Shown one piece after another: positions 18,381 to 27,489 of a DNA stretch of 64,000 bases (position 1 is its first letter; each line of letters starts with the position of its first letter). Origin of the DNA: Gemmatimonadales bacterium (lineage in GTDB: Bacteria; Gemmatimonadota; Gemmatimonadetes; Gemmatimonadales; GWC2-71-9); assembly GCA_046596135.1 (NCBI GenBank), contig JBKJMX010000083.1:66222-130221 (forward strand), written 5' to 3'. A model generated the notes under the pieces. It did no database searches. It was not told the DNA's origin and was given only the letters and a program-made list of their open reading frames with translations. The translations under genes were made by a program, and so were the position numbers.

Positions 18381-18842
18381 ATGCGCAACCCGGTCATGTT
18401 AACGCTGATCGCTGCCGCCCTCCTCGGCGGAACCGCCGTCACGCTGACAGCCGCCCGGTCACCGGCCCCGATCCCCATGCGCGTCGTGAAGTCGCCCACC
18501 TGCGGCTGCTGCCAGAAGTGGGTGGACTACATGAAGACCCAGGGCTTCGCCGTGACGGTCGAGAACCGCGATGAGTTCACCGCGCTCAAGCGCGCGAACG
18601 GTGTGACCCAGGACCTGCAGTCGTGTCACACCGCGTTCGTCGGGAACGTGGTGATCGAGGGGCACGTGCCGGCCGACCTGGTCAAGAAGGTGCTGGCCGA
18701 GAAGTCAGCCGGTGTGAAGGGGTTGAGCGCGCCGGGAATGCCGATGGGTTCACCGGGTATGGAGGGTCCCGTGTCGCAGCGCTACACCATCTACAGCTTC
18801 GACGCGAAGGGCAACGCCAAGCCGTACGCGGTGCGGAACTAG
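18381..18842 (+). CDS. DUF411 metal-binding periplasmic protein
   Basis: Signal MRNPVMLTLIAAALLGG; CGCCQKW motif and HTAFV..EGHVP typical of DUF411 (copper-resistance-associated); TTG 18369 is an alternative start. Confidence 0.75.
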   Translation: MRNPVMLTLIAAALLGGTAVTLTAARSPAPIPMRVVKSPTCGCCQKWVDYMKTQGFAVTVENRDEFTALKRANGVTQDLQSCHTAFVGNVVIEGHVPADLVKKVLAEKSAGVKGLSAPGMPMGSPGMEGPVSQRYTIYSFDAKGNAKPYAVRN

Positions 18843-19603
18843 GCGCCCAGCTCGTCCCGGAGTCGGGTGCGCGCCGCATCGATGCGCACCCTGACCCGCT
18901 CCCGCAGTGCCCCGATGTCATCGTGCGTCAGCCCGGCAGTGGGCTCGGGTTCGAGGATCTCCACTACCGCGGTCGAGGGGTTGATCCGCCAATCGTGCTT
19001 CGCGATGGCGTTGCGCGTCCCATAGAGCGCGAGTGGGAGAATCGGGACACCGGCATCGATGGCCAGCCGGAACGCCCCATCCTTGAACGGCAGCATCTCC
19101 GACGTCTTCGAGCGGGTTCCCTCCGGGAACATCATCACCGACGCCCGGTTCCCCAGCCGGTCACGGCACTCCGCCATCGCTGCGCGGGCGCTGCTCGCCA
19201 GACCGCGATGCACCGGGATGTCCCGCACACCCCACATCATCCAGCCGAAGATCGGCACCTTCATGATCGACGCCTTGCTGAGCCATTTCATCTCCCACGG
19301 GAGATGACAAAGCAACAGCATGTCGGCGAACGATTCGTGGTTCGCTACCACGACGTAAGGATTCCGGGGATCGGCGGGGCCGGGGCCGCGCACCGTGAAG
19401 TGCCAGCGAGGGGTGAGGGCCACCACGACCTTGCCGAGCACCCGGAAGAGCCGCCCCCCGTGGTAGTTGGCAGGGTCGACGCCAGCGCCGAGTGTCCGCC
19501 AGAGCACCACGAATGGAAGGCCCACGATCACGACCGTGATCAGGACGGCCCACATCCAGATTGATGCGACAGTGGTGCGGAGGGACCGAAGGATGGTCGA
19601 CAT
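18839..19603 (-). CDS. plsC: 1-acyl-sn-glycerol-3-phosphate acyltransferase
   Basis: HX4D motif NHESFADM; FPEGTRS motif; N-terminal TM helix. Confidence 0.8.
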   Translation of the reverse strand: MSTILRSLRTTVASIWMWAVLITVVIVGLPFVVLWRTLGAGVDPANYHGGRLFRVLGKVVVALTPRWHFTVRGPGPADPRNPYVVVANHESFADMLLLCHLPWEMKWLSKASIMKVPIFGWMMWGVRDIPVHRGLASSARAAMAECRDRLGNRASVMMFPEGTRSKTSEMLPFKDGAFRLAIDAGVPILPLALYGTRNAIAKHDWRINPSTAVVEILEPEPTAGLTHDDIGALRERVRVRIDAARTRLRDELGA

Positions 19604-19668
19604 TGGCGGGAAGGTATGCGGGGAGGACCATGGCGCAATCCGGGCGCATGAGCGGCCCGTTCCAGCAG

Positions 19669-20727
19669 CTAGCTGCGACGGGCCAGCCCCGCCTTGGCAT
19701 CGGGTGTAGCGATCTCCTCGAGCGCGCGGTACGCGGCCGTCCTCACCGACGCCTGGGCGTGCCGGAGCAACCCGGTCAGGGCCGGCACCGCGATTTCCAT
19801 CCGGCGGAGCCCGGCAACTTCGGCGGCACCAGCCACCAGGTCGGGTCGATGGCTGCCGAGCGCGGTGACGAGCGCGTCGGTGGCGTGCGGCGCCGAGACC
19901 AGTGCGTCGATGTAGGCACGCCGTTCCGCGCGACCGGGGGCGCCGTTCAGCGCCTCGACCAGCGCAGTCGCTCCCTCGTTGCCCAGTGCATGTACGGCGG
20001 CGAGGATTTCCGGCGGAACAGGTGGACGGGGCAGCTCACGCACGAGGGAGTCGATGACGTGCGTCGGCGCAACACGCCGACGTTCGCGCGCGATGATGGT
20101 GCGCGTTGCGTCGTCGCTGGCGGCATCGAGTTGCTGCAGGTCGAGGACCACCTGTGCGACCCGCGGCCAGTCTCGCGCCTCGACCGCTGCGGCGCCGGCG
20201 CGCAGCATCGGGTCGAGTCGTGTCGAGAAATCAGCCCGGTCGGTTTCGCGGGAGGTCGCCGCCGCCGGGCTGTTGTCGCGCCGCGGCACGGAGCCCGGAA
20301 TATCGAGAAGCGCCGCGCGGAGGGCGTCACTCATCGCCGGTCGCCCTCCAGCCACCAGGAGCGCACCCGGGACGCTTGTCGTCAGCGCATCGCGAACATG
20401 ATCGGCCGACGGAAAGAGGCCTGGTGCCGACGCCATGATCTCGGCGATATCGCTCCACTGCCTGGGTCCCAGGCCGGACGGAAGCTGGAGTCGACTGGTG
20501 TCGTGTTCGATCATCGCTGTGCGAAGAAGCAGGGCTCCCGGTGCGTCGCCACCAACCGGGACCCCGTTGACGAGGAGGCGCTCGTCATCGAGCTCAAACA
20601 CGACAACGCTCCCCGCAGCAGCCCGAGTGAGGAGGCCAAGGACCCGCTCAGTCCCCACCGGGTCGACCGAGGAGGCCCGAACCTGGTAGATGGCGGCGGC
20701 AAACAGCGCAGTAAGCGGAACTGGCAC
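19669..20727 (-). CDS. HEAT-repeat protein, hypothetical
   Basis: 352 aa; C-terminal HEAT/PBS-lyase-like repeats (LVTALGSHRPDLVAGAAEVAG.., LLRHAQASVRTAAYRALEEI); starts 7 nt after the ABC ATPase stop. Confidence 0.6.
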   Translation of the reverse strand: MPVPLTALFAAAIYQVRASSVDPVGTERVLGLLTRAAAGSVVVFELDDERLLVNGVPVGGDAPGALLLRTAMIEHDTSRLQLPSGLGPRQWSDIAEIMASAPGLFPSADHVRDALTTSVPGALLVAGGRPAMSDALRAALLDIPGSVPRRDNSPAAATSRETDRADFSTRLDPMLRAGAAAVEARDWPRVAQVVLDLQQLDAASDDATRTIIARERRRVAPTHVIDSLVRELPRPPVPPEILAAVHALGNEGATALVEALNGAPGRAERRAYIDALVSAPHATDALVTALGSHRPDLVAGAAEVAGLRRMEIAVPALTGLLRHAQASVRTAAYRALEEIATPDAKAGLARRS

Positions 20728-20734
20728 GTCTCGA

Positions 20735-22390
20735 CTACCTCAGGCGGTAAGCTGCGAGGGCGGCAGCGACGTCACGGAATCGGTCATCAGGGCTGTTCAT
20801 GTGCAATGCCCGGGCCACAACCAATGCCGCTGGCACGGCAAGGACAACTTCGTCGAAGATGGCCCCAAATGGGACCACCTCCCGGACAGCACCCGCCTCG
20901 AGGCGAAAGGCCCGATCGAGCGCCTCGTGTGCAAACACCGGATCATGCGTCACTGCCAATGTTGACACTCCACGCACGCTTCGATCCCTCACCGCGTCGA
21001 TCACCCGCAGGCGCGAGGCATGGTCAAGTCCTGCTGTCGGCTCATCGAGCAACAGCAGGTCTGGTTCCGCCACCAGCACAGCTGCGAGCGCCACCAGCCG
21101 TCGCACCGGCAGCGGCAGGTCGCCTGGGTGGCTGTCGGCCACGCTTGTCAGGCCGAGTTGGTGCAACGTTTCCGCGACCCTCGTGTCGATCCGACGACTG
21201 TCCCATCTGGCTTGCTCGGCCGTGAAACGGCATTCCTGCTTGACGGTGGTGGCGAAAAGTTGTCGCTCCGGCTGCTGGGTGAGCATCGCCACGCGCGGCG
21301 CGAGGTCCTCCGGATGGCGGCCTTTGGTTGGCTGGTCAAGGACGATCACCGCGCCGTGTTGCGGGTGTTCCAGCGCCATGGCCAGCCGAAGCAAGGTCGA
21401 CTTGCCCGCGCCGTTGATGCCGAACAATCCGCACGCCTCGCCCCGGTGCACGACCATGTTGGCTTCGTGCAGCACCGCACCCTGCCCGGCATAGCCGAAC
21501 GCGATATCGCGCAGCTCGAAGACTGGCGATGTCCGTGATGCCCCCTGGCCTTGCACATCGCCCGAATGATTCGGTATGGCTCCGAGCAGCTCGAGTAGCG
21601 CCAGTGGCGTGATCGGCCTCGGCGCCTCGAATCCTGCTGCAGCGGCGAGCGTGGCAGTGTCGGTGGTGCCGGCGCCGTGCGCCGGGAGGGCATCGCCGGC
21701 GAGCAGTTCGCGGGGTTCGTCGTCGAGCACCGCCCGTCCGTGGGCAAGCACCACCATGCGATCGGCGATCGTGTGCATCGCCTCGGCATCCTCACTGGCC
21801 ACGACGACGGTCGCGCCCTCGTCCGCAAGCGTGCGGAGTATCTGCTGGAGCATGTGCCGCGACGGATGATCGAGGGCGGAGAATGGTTCGTCGAGAAGCC
21901 AGAATCTTGGGGCGGCCGTCGCGAGCGCAGCCAGCACGACACGCTGCGTTTCGCCGCCAGAGAGTTTCGACGGCGCGCGATCCGCGAGCGCGGTCAAATC
22001 GAAGCGCACCAGTGCGTGATCGACCCGGTTGGCGATCACCTCAGGTGCGAGGCCAAGGTTCATCGGTCCCACTGCCAACTCGGCGCGCACCGTTGGCGCG
22101 ATGCCGCTGAGCTGCAGCGATGGCGATGGCGCCAGGTAGCCGATGCCGAGTGCCAGCGGCGATTGCTCCGCCGGGTCGCACCCATCGACCAGCACGCTCC
22201 CGCGACGCTCGCCACCGGTGAGGCGGGGCGCGAGGCCCGCGGCGGCGAGCAGCAACGTGCTGGTACCGCTGCCCAGCGCGCCGGTGAGCCACGTGATCAT
22301 GCCTGGATGGATCTCGAGGTCGAGATCGTCGACCGCTGCTGCGGGTTGTGCCGGATAGCGGAACCCGAGGCCGCGCACGGCGATCGTCAT
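20735..22390 (-). CDS. Fused double ATPase of an ECF-type ABC transporter
   Basis: Start ATG 22390 in an ATGA overlap with the T-component stop. NBD1: GALGSGTST, LSGGETQRV, LLDEPFSALD. NBD2: GINGAGKST, LLLLDEPTAGLD, VTHD. Confidence 0.85.
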   Translation of the reverse strand: MTIAVRGLGFRYPAQPAAAVDDLDLEIHPGMITWLTGALGSGTSTLLLAAAGLAPRLTGGERRGSVLVDGCDPAEQSPLALGIGYLAPSPSLQLSGIAPTVRAELAVGPMNLGLAPEVIANRVDHALVRFDLTALADRAPSKLSGGETQRVVLAALATAAPRFWLLDEPFSALDHPSRHMLQQILRTLADEGATVVVASEDAEAMHTIADRMVVLAHGRAVLDDEPRELLAGDALPAHGAGTTDTATLAAAAGFEAPRPITPLALLELLGAIPNHSGDVQGQGASRTSPVFELRDIAFGYAGQGAVLHEANMVVHRGEACGLFGINGAGKSTLLRLAMALEHPQHGAVIVLDQPTKGRHPEDLAPRVAMLTQQPERQLFATTVKQECRFTAEQARWDSRRIDTRVAETLHQLGLTSVADSHPGDLPLPVRRLVALAAVLVAEPDLLLLDEPTAGLDHASRLRVIDAVRDRSVRGVSTLAVTHDPVFAHEALDRAFRLEAGAVREVVPFGAIFDEVVLAVPAALVVARALHMNSPDDRFRDVAAALAAYRLR

Positions 22391-23118
22391 CCGAAGCGCC
22401 ACCATGCCGTTGCGCAGACGAGGAGGAGAGCCGCCCAGCGGATCATGCGGTCAATCGATCGGTCGTGCGGCGGATCGATCGGGGTGCGCGGACCGACCAA
22501 AGTGAGTCCGCGAGTCTCGAGCGCGAGCGCCCGCTCATCGGCCTCCATTATTGACATCAGCATCAACGGGAAGACAAGTGCCGGGAGGGCGCGCGACTTC
22601 GATAGCAGCGATCTGCCGGTCCTGAGCCCCCGGGTGCGTTGCGCCTCGCGCAGCCGCACAGCCTGTTCGCGCAGGCGATCGGCGGCATCGAGCGTGGCAA
22701 CGACGAGGAATGCCATGTCGAAGCGCCAGCCACGCGCGATGGCGGCCTGCAGGAAGCGATGTGGATCGAAACTGGTCGCAAAGACGAGCGAGGCCGTCAC
22801 AATGGCGGCGAGCCGGAGTCCCTGTTCCAGTGCCCACGACATCCCGGCAGTCGAAAGCGCGACACCGAGCACCACGGTGGCGCGGGGCGCATCACCCATC
22901 ACGCCGTGCATGATCAGGAGCAGTATCCAGAAGGGCGTGCAGACCGCGATGCCAAGCAGTACCCCGCGCGCGCCACCGGTCAACACGGCGAGTACCACGG
23001 TCACGACGTAGACCGTCAGCGTGCCCTGCGGCGGCGGCGCTAGAAGCGCCATGACCGCCAATGCGAGGGCCACCGTTGCGGGTGTGAACGGATGGGCACG
23101 ACGGGCGAGCGTGCTCAT
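22387..23118 (-). CDS. ecfT: ECF transporter transmembrane (T) component, CbiQ/EcfT-like
   Basis: Start ATG 23118 in an ATGA overlap with the S-component stop; multi-TM; ..ARGWRF..ADRLREQAVRLREAQRTRG resembles the EcfT coupling-helix region. Confidence 0.7.
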   Translation of the reverse strand: MSTLARRAHPFTPATVALALAVMALLAPPPQGTLTVYVVTVVLAVLTGGARGVLLGIAVCTPFWILLLIMHGVMGDAPRATVVLGVALSTAGMSWALEQGLRLAAIVTASLVFATSFDPHRFLQAAIARGWRFDMAFLVVATLDAADRLREQAVRLREAQRTRGLRTGRSLLSKSRALPALVFPLMLMSIMEADERALALETRGLTLVGPRTPIDPPHDRSIDRMIRWAALLLVCATAWWRFG

Positions 23119-23684
23119 CGACCGACCGCGCGCGCTGCGAGCGGAAACCGACCAAGGATTCGCAGCGGCAGCGAGCGAAGCAGGATGCCGAGGAGGATGA
23201 AGGACATCGACTTGTCGAGGATGTCGGTGAGCAGCGACGCCGCGGTGACCGCGACGGGGAGCGAGAACCCTGCCGAGCGAAACAGGGCCCCCACCGCGGT
23301 GACGCCGGTGGCCGTCACGCCGCCGAAGAGAAAGAACGAGATCGCGGCCGATGTGAGGCCGCACGCCACGCCGCACGCCATGCCCCAGGCAGCACTCCGT
23401 GGCACGCTGCCGAATCCGCCGCGGCCGGCGGCAAGCGCGGCGAGGACCGCGATCAGCCACTGGATGGGGGTGAACGCCAGCCAGACGTAGCCACGGAGCA
23501 TCCCCGACAGCAGCTGGCTGAGAGTGCCGACCAGCAGGCCGCCGCTGAGTCCGTCGAGGACCGCCACGAGCGAGGTGCCGAGGGTGTCGAGGTAGACCGG
23601 CAGTGCCAGTTCGCTCGCCACTTGGCCCACCACGAGGTTGATCGCAATGGCTGCCGGGATGAGCGCGAGGAGACGGGGCGACAT
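23115..23684 (-). CDS. ECF transporter substrate-specific (S) component-like membrane protein
   Basis: MSPRLLALIPAAIAINLVVGQVA..LPVYLDTLGTSLVAVLDG pattern; about 6 TM; ATG 23684 has GGAG upstream, ATG 23735 is an alternative; substrate unknown. Confidence 0.6.
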   Translation of the reverse strand: MSPRLLALIPAAIAINLVVGQVASELALPVYLDTLGTSLVAVLDGLSGGLLVGTLSQLLSGMLRGYVWLAFTPIQWLIAVLAALAAGRGGFGSVPRSAAWGMACGVACGLTSAAISFFLFGGVTATGVTAVGALFRSAGFSLPVAVTAASLLTDILDKSMSFILLGILLRSLPLRILGRFPLAARAVGR

Positions 23685-23817
23685 GTCGAGCGTGGCTCCC
23701 GGGGTGCGGGGTCGGTAGAATCTAGGCTCATTCAACCCGGATTCTCGTGATGCGCACCACGCGCCTGCTCTCGATTCTCGTCCCGCTCAACACCGCACCT
23801 CTCGCCGGAGTGCGGCG

Positions 23818-24276
23818 ATGAGCGCCGTGCTCGATGCCGACCGCGTGGTGACGCGACTCAGGGCCGGGTTCAATCATGGCGTGCCCCGCCCGCAGTTGCT
23901 CACGATGGCGGCGGATCTGATTCGTGAATCAGGCGGGCCGTACACCTCGGTTTATCTCTACATGCTGCACGGCGATGACCTCGTGCTCGAAGCGTGGAGC
24001 GGCCGCGAGACGGAGCACGTGCGGATTCCCGTCGGGCAGGGCGTGTGCGGCACGGCGGTCGCGACCGGAGAGGACCAGAACGTCCCCGACGTGCAGGGCC
24101 GCGAGAACTACATCGCGTGCAACCTCTTCACCAAATCGGAACTGGTGGTGCTGATCCGGCGGGGCACCCAGATCCTGGGACAGATCGACGTCGATTCCGA
24201 TCAGGTTGACCCGTTCACCCCCGACGAGGAGAGCGCCGTGAGGCAGGTGGCCGAGGCGCTCGCGGTGCTCCTCTGA
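23818..24276 (+). CDS. GAF domain protein (free methionine-R-sulfoxide reductase-like)
   Basis: 152 aa; GVCGTAVATGE..NVPDV..YIACN..SELVV.. ..GQIDVDS pattern of fRMsr/MsrC. Confidence 0.75.
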   Translation: MSAVLDADRVVTRLRAGFNHGVPRPQLLTMAADLIRESGGPYTSVYLYMLHGDDLVLEAWSGRETEHVRIPVGQGVCGTAVATGEDQNVPDVQGRENYIACNLFTKSELVVLIRRGTQILGQIDVDSDQVDPFTPDEESAVRQVAEALAVLL

Positions 24277-24284
24277 GCGAGCAG

Positions 24285-25106
24285 ATGCGCCACGTGCGCG
24301 GCGTCGAGATCTTCGAGCACCGCCACGGCGAGGGCACGGAAGTGGTCGTGCTGCACGGCGGACCCGGTGCCCACCACGACTACCTCCTGCCTGGCTTTGA
24401 TGCGCTGGCGAACGGGCGCACGCTGATCTACTACGATCAGCGCGGCGGTGGACGTTCGCCGGTGGCGCGGGATGTCGCTGTGGGGTGGCGCGAACATGTT
24501 GCCGACCTCGAGGCGCTGCGCGATGTCTGGGGCCTCGACGCGCTCCACCTCTGCGGGTACTCGTGGGGCGCGCTCCTGGCGATGCTGTACACGATCGCGC
24601 ATCCGAAACGCGTCGCGTCGCTCGCGCTGGTGTCGCCGGCGCCTGCGGCGCGGCAGGAACGCGAGGAATACGAAGCCATACTGGCGGCGCGCAGCAGCAC
24701 GCCCGAGATCAAGGCCGCGCGCGATGCGCTGCAGCAGGACGGTCTCCGGGCAACCGATCCGGGGGCCCACGCGCATCGTCTCTTTGAGCTCGCGGTCGCC
24801 GGCTACTTCCACGATCCCTCGCGTGCTCGCGACCTCACCCCGTTCCGCGTGACCGGTCGCACCCAGCAACAGGTGTGGGAGTCGCTCGGCAACGACTTCG
24901 ACCTTCGTCCCGCGCTGCGTGAGCTCGACGTCGATGCGCTGGTGGTACACGGTGATGACGATCCTATTCCGGTGTCAACGGCGGCCGCCACCGCCGATGC
25001 GCTGCATGCGCCGTTGATTGTGCTTCCCGATTGCGGACACGTTCCGTATGTCGAGGCACCTGACGCGTTCGTGGCGGCGCTCGACCCGTTCCTCCCTCGC
25101 GCATGA
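24285..25106 (+). CDS. Alpha/beta hydrolase (proline iminopeptidase-like)
   Basis: HGGPG oxyanion region; nucleophile elbow GYSWGA; C-terminal CGH. Confidence 0.8.
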   Translation: MRHVRGVEIFEHRHGEGTEVVVLHGGPGAHHDYLLPGFDALANGRTLIYYDQRGGGRSPVARDVAVGWREHVADLEALRDVWGLDALHLCGYSWGALLAMLYTIAHPKRVASLALVSPAPAARQEREEYEAILAARSSTPEIKAARDALQQDGLRATDPGAHAHRLFELAVAGYFHDPSRARDLTPFRVTGRTQQQVWESLGNDFDLRPALRELDVDALVVHGDDDPIPVSTAAATADALHAPLIVLPDCGHVPYVEAPDAFVAALDPFLPRA

Positions 25107-25747
25107 CACCGGAGCGTGTCCACCCCTTCCATCTCGTGTTCGACGGGATCGCCGCCGAACGGTTCCCGGCCATCCGTGACGCGCTGGGTGGCGCGATCGA
25201 CCTCGATGCGTTCCTGCTGGCCCATCCGGCGATCGAGTTGCTCCACGAACTTCGACCCGACGACGGACTCGGCGAGGCGATCGACGATTTCGTCCATTTC
25301 GTGCACGCAGCATTCCGATTCTGGCTTGCCGGCTCGGAGACCATCGTGCTCGACGGTGACGCGACAGAGCGCCTCTGTACCGATCCGCCGTCGCGTCCGA
25401 AGCAGACGGTGGTGCCAGCCGCGATGTACATTCAGGTGGCGCCCCGGGTCATCTGGGCGCAGCTCGATGAGGAAGGTGCATTCGAGCCGCTCGATGGCTG
25501 GTTCGCCATCGGCGAAGGCAATGCTCGCCATGTGGTGGGATGCTTTGGCGTTCACCCCGACCGACCTGGTCTTTCGGTCATGTCGGTCGACGAGCCGCCT
25601 CCACGCGACTCGCGCCGGGGTGATGGCACGCCGCTGTTCAGCCCCACGATGTCAGGGGGTGAAGCTGCCGGACTGCACGCCATCAGCGGCCCCGACGAGC
25701 TCGCGCTGCTCGCCGACCGGGCCGACGTCATGAGGGAGGGGGATTGA
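25103..25747 (+). CDS. Hypothetical protein, no recognisable domain
   Basis: 214 aa; ATGA overlap with the upstream stop (25103-25106) and TGATG overlap with the polX start; acidic, non-repetitive composition unlike the shadow frame 25116..25733. Confidence 0.6.
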   Translation: MTPERVHPFHLVFDGIAAERFPAIRDALGGAIDLDAFLLAHPAIELLHELRPDDGLGEAIDDFVHFVHAAFRFWLAGSETIVLDGDATERLCTDPPSRPKQTVVPAAMYIQVAPRVIWAQLDEEGAFEPLDGWFAIGEGNARHVVGCFGVHPDRPGLSVMSVDEPPPRDSRRGDGTPLFSPTMSGGEAAGLHAISGPDELALLADRADVMREGD

Positions 25748-27474
25748 TGGCTGCGATGATGGACCGGACCGGAGTGGCCCGATCGCTGGAACAGATCGCC
25801 TCGTATCTCGAACTCAACGGCGAGAACCCATTCCGGGTGCGCGCGTTCAATGGCGCGGCGAAGACAATCCTGGGTTTTCCGGCCGAGCTCGATGTGGCGT
25901 TGGCCGATGGAAGCCTTGCCCAGGCCAAGGGGATCGGACCAGCGATCCACCAGATCGTCAACGAACTCGTCGGCACCGGAAGATCGGAGTTGTTGGAACA
26001 ACTACGTGAAGATGTGCCGGCTGGTTTGGTCGAGATGCTCGGCATCCCCGGGCTCGGTGTCGCCAAGATCCGGTTGATCCACGATGTCCTCGGCGTTGAG
26101 TCGATTCCCGAACTGGAAGCTGCAGCGGTCGATGGGCGGTTGGCACACCTCCCGCGGTTCGGGGCCCGCACCGCCGAGAAGATCCTCAACGGAATCGCGT
26201 TCCTGCGGCAGGCGAGTGCGTGGCGGCTGAGTCACCACGCTGGCGACGAAGCCGAAGCATTGCGGGCCGGGCTGGCTCGCCTGCCGCATGTGCTGGCGGT
26301 TCACGTTGCGGGCGATGTGCGTCGGCGCCTCGAGGTCGTGCAGGGAATCGTGATGGTGCTCGTCGCCGATGTCTCTCCGGCCGATGTTTTCCGGCAACTC
26401 GCCACCATGCCGGGCGCCCGCGAGATCGCCGGCCAGGACGAGCGTCGCGCGACCCTCAAGCTTGCCGGAGGGAGCAGCGTGCAGGTGGTGGTCACGCCAC
26501 CGCAGAACCTCGGCGCTGTCCTGGTGCAGGCTACCGGCACCGAGGCGCACCTCGTGGCGCTGGCAGCGCACGCGAAGGAGCGCGGCTTCAACCTCGCCGG
26601 TACCGCGCTCTGGGAAGGGAGTCGTTTCGTTGCGACTCCCACCGAAGAGGCGCTGTACGGCGCACTCGGCCTTCCCTGGATTCCCCCGGAACTCCGGGAA
26701 TCGGGGGTCGAGGTCGGGCAGCCGGTACCGGCGCTCCTCGAGCGCGGTGACCTCCGTGGATTCCTCCACTGCCACACGAACTATTCCGATGGCACCCCGA
26801 CCGTGGCGCAGCTTGCCGAGGCATGTCGCGAGTCGGGATATGAATACGTCGGAATCACCGACCACTCACGTGCAGCCGCGTACGCGGGTGGCCTCACGCC
26901 CGACGACCTGCAGCGGCAGTGGGACGAAATCGACGCGGTCAATGCGAGCGGGCCCGGAATCCGGGTTCTCAAGGGGATCGAGAGCGACATCCTTGCCGAC
27001 GGCGCACTCGATTACACCGACCATATTCTTGCAGGATTCGATTTCATCATCGCATCGGTGCACTCGCGCTTCACGATGAGCGAACAGGAGATGACCGACC
27101 GCGTGTGCCGGGCGATGACCTGTCCGTACATGACGATCCTCGGTCATCCCACCGGCCGACTGCTGCTGGCGCGCGAGGCGTACGCGATCGACCTCGACCG
27201 GGTGTTCGAGACTGCCGCCACCAACGGCGTCGCGATCGAGATCAATGCCGATCCGCATCGACTCGACCTCGACTGGCGGGTGCTGGGCCGTGCGCGCGCC
27301 GCCGGTGTGACCATCTCGATCGGTGCCGACGCGCACAACGTCGGCGGGCTCGGCTACGTCGACTATGGTGTCGGTATCGCGCGAAAGGGAGGGCTTGGCG
27401 CCGCCGACATCCTCAACTCTCGCGGCGTGGACGCATTCCTGGAGTTCGCGGCCGGGCGCCGCGTGGGCGCGTAG
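25747..27474 (+). CDS. polX: PolX-family protein (Pol-beta-like domain plus PHP domain)
   Basis: HhH GIGPAIHQIV, GIPGLGVAKI; AGDVRRR palm segment; PHP motifs HCHTNYSDG, ITDHS, ASVHS, ILGHPTGR, INAD, GADAH. Confidence 0.85.
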   Translation: MAAMMDRTGVARSLEQIASYLELNGENPFRVRAFNGAAKTILGFPAELDVALADGSLAQAKGIGPAIHQIVNELVGTGRSELLEQLREDVPAGLVEMLGIPGLGVAKIRLIHDVLGVESIPELEAAAVDGRLAHLPRFGARTAEKILNGIAFLRQASAWRLSHHAGDEAEALRAGLARLPHVLAVHVAGDVRRRLEVVQGIVMVLVADVSPADVFRQLATMPGAREIAGQDERRATLKLAGGSSVQVVVTPPQNLGAVLVQATGTEAHLVALAAHAKERGFNLAGTALWEGSRFVATPTEEALYGALGLPWIPPELRESGVEVGQPVPALLERGDLRGFLHCHTNYSDGTPTVAQLAEACRESGYEYVGITDHSRAAAYAGGLTPDDLQRQWDEIDAVNASGPGIRVLKGIESDILADGALDYTDHILAGFDFIIASVHSRFTMSEQEMTDRVCRAMTCPYMTILGHPTGRLLLAREAYAIDLDRVFETAATNGVAIEINADPHRLDLDWRVLGRARAAGVTISIGADAHNVGGLGYVDYGVGIARKGGLGAADILNSRGVDAFLEFAAGRRVGA

Positions 27475-27489
27475 GCGCCGGCAGGCCCG

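Noticed and set aside
19561-23011. Long plus-strand ORFs (19561..21225, 554 aa; 21677..23011, 444 aa) across the HEAT/ABC/EcfT genes
   Set aside because: Arg/Gly/Pro/Ala-rich junk translation antisense to genes with clear Walker and signature motifs. No start context and no domain pattern.
23685-23817. Riboswitch (TPP, preQ1 or cobalamin) upstream of the ECF S component
   Set aside because: No CTGAGA..ACCTGATCTGGATAATGCCAGCG-type TPP core or other familiar riboswitch core is visible on the minus strand, and the leader is short. Only a covariance-model scan could settle this.
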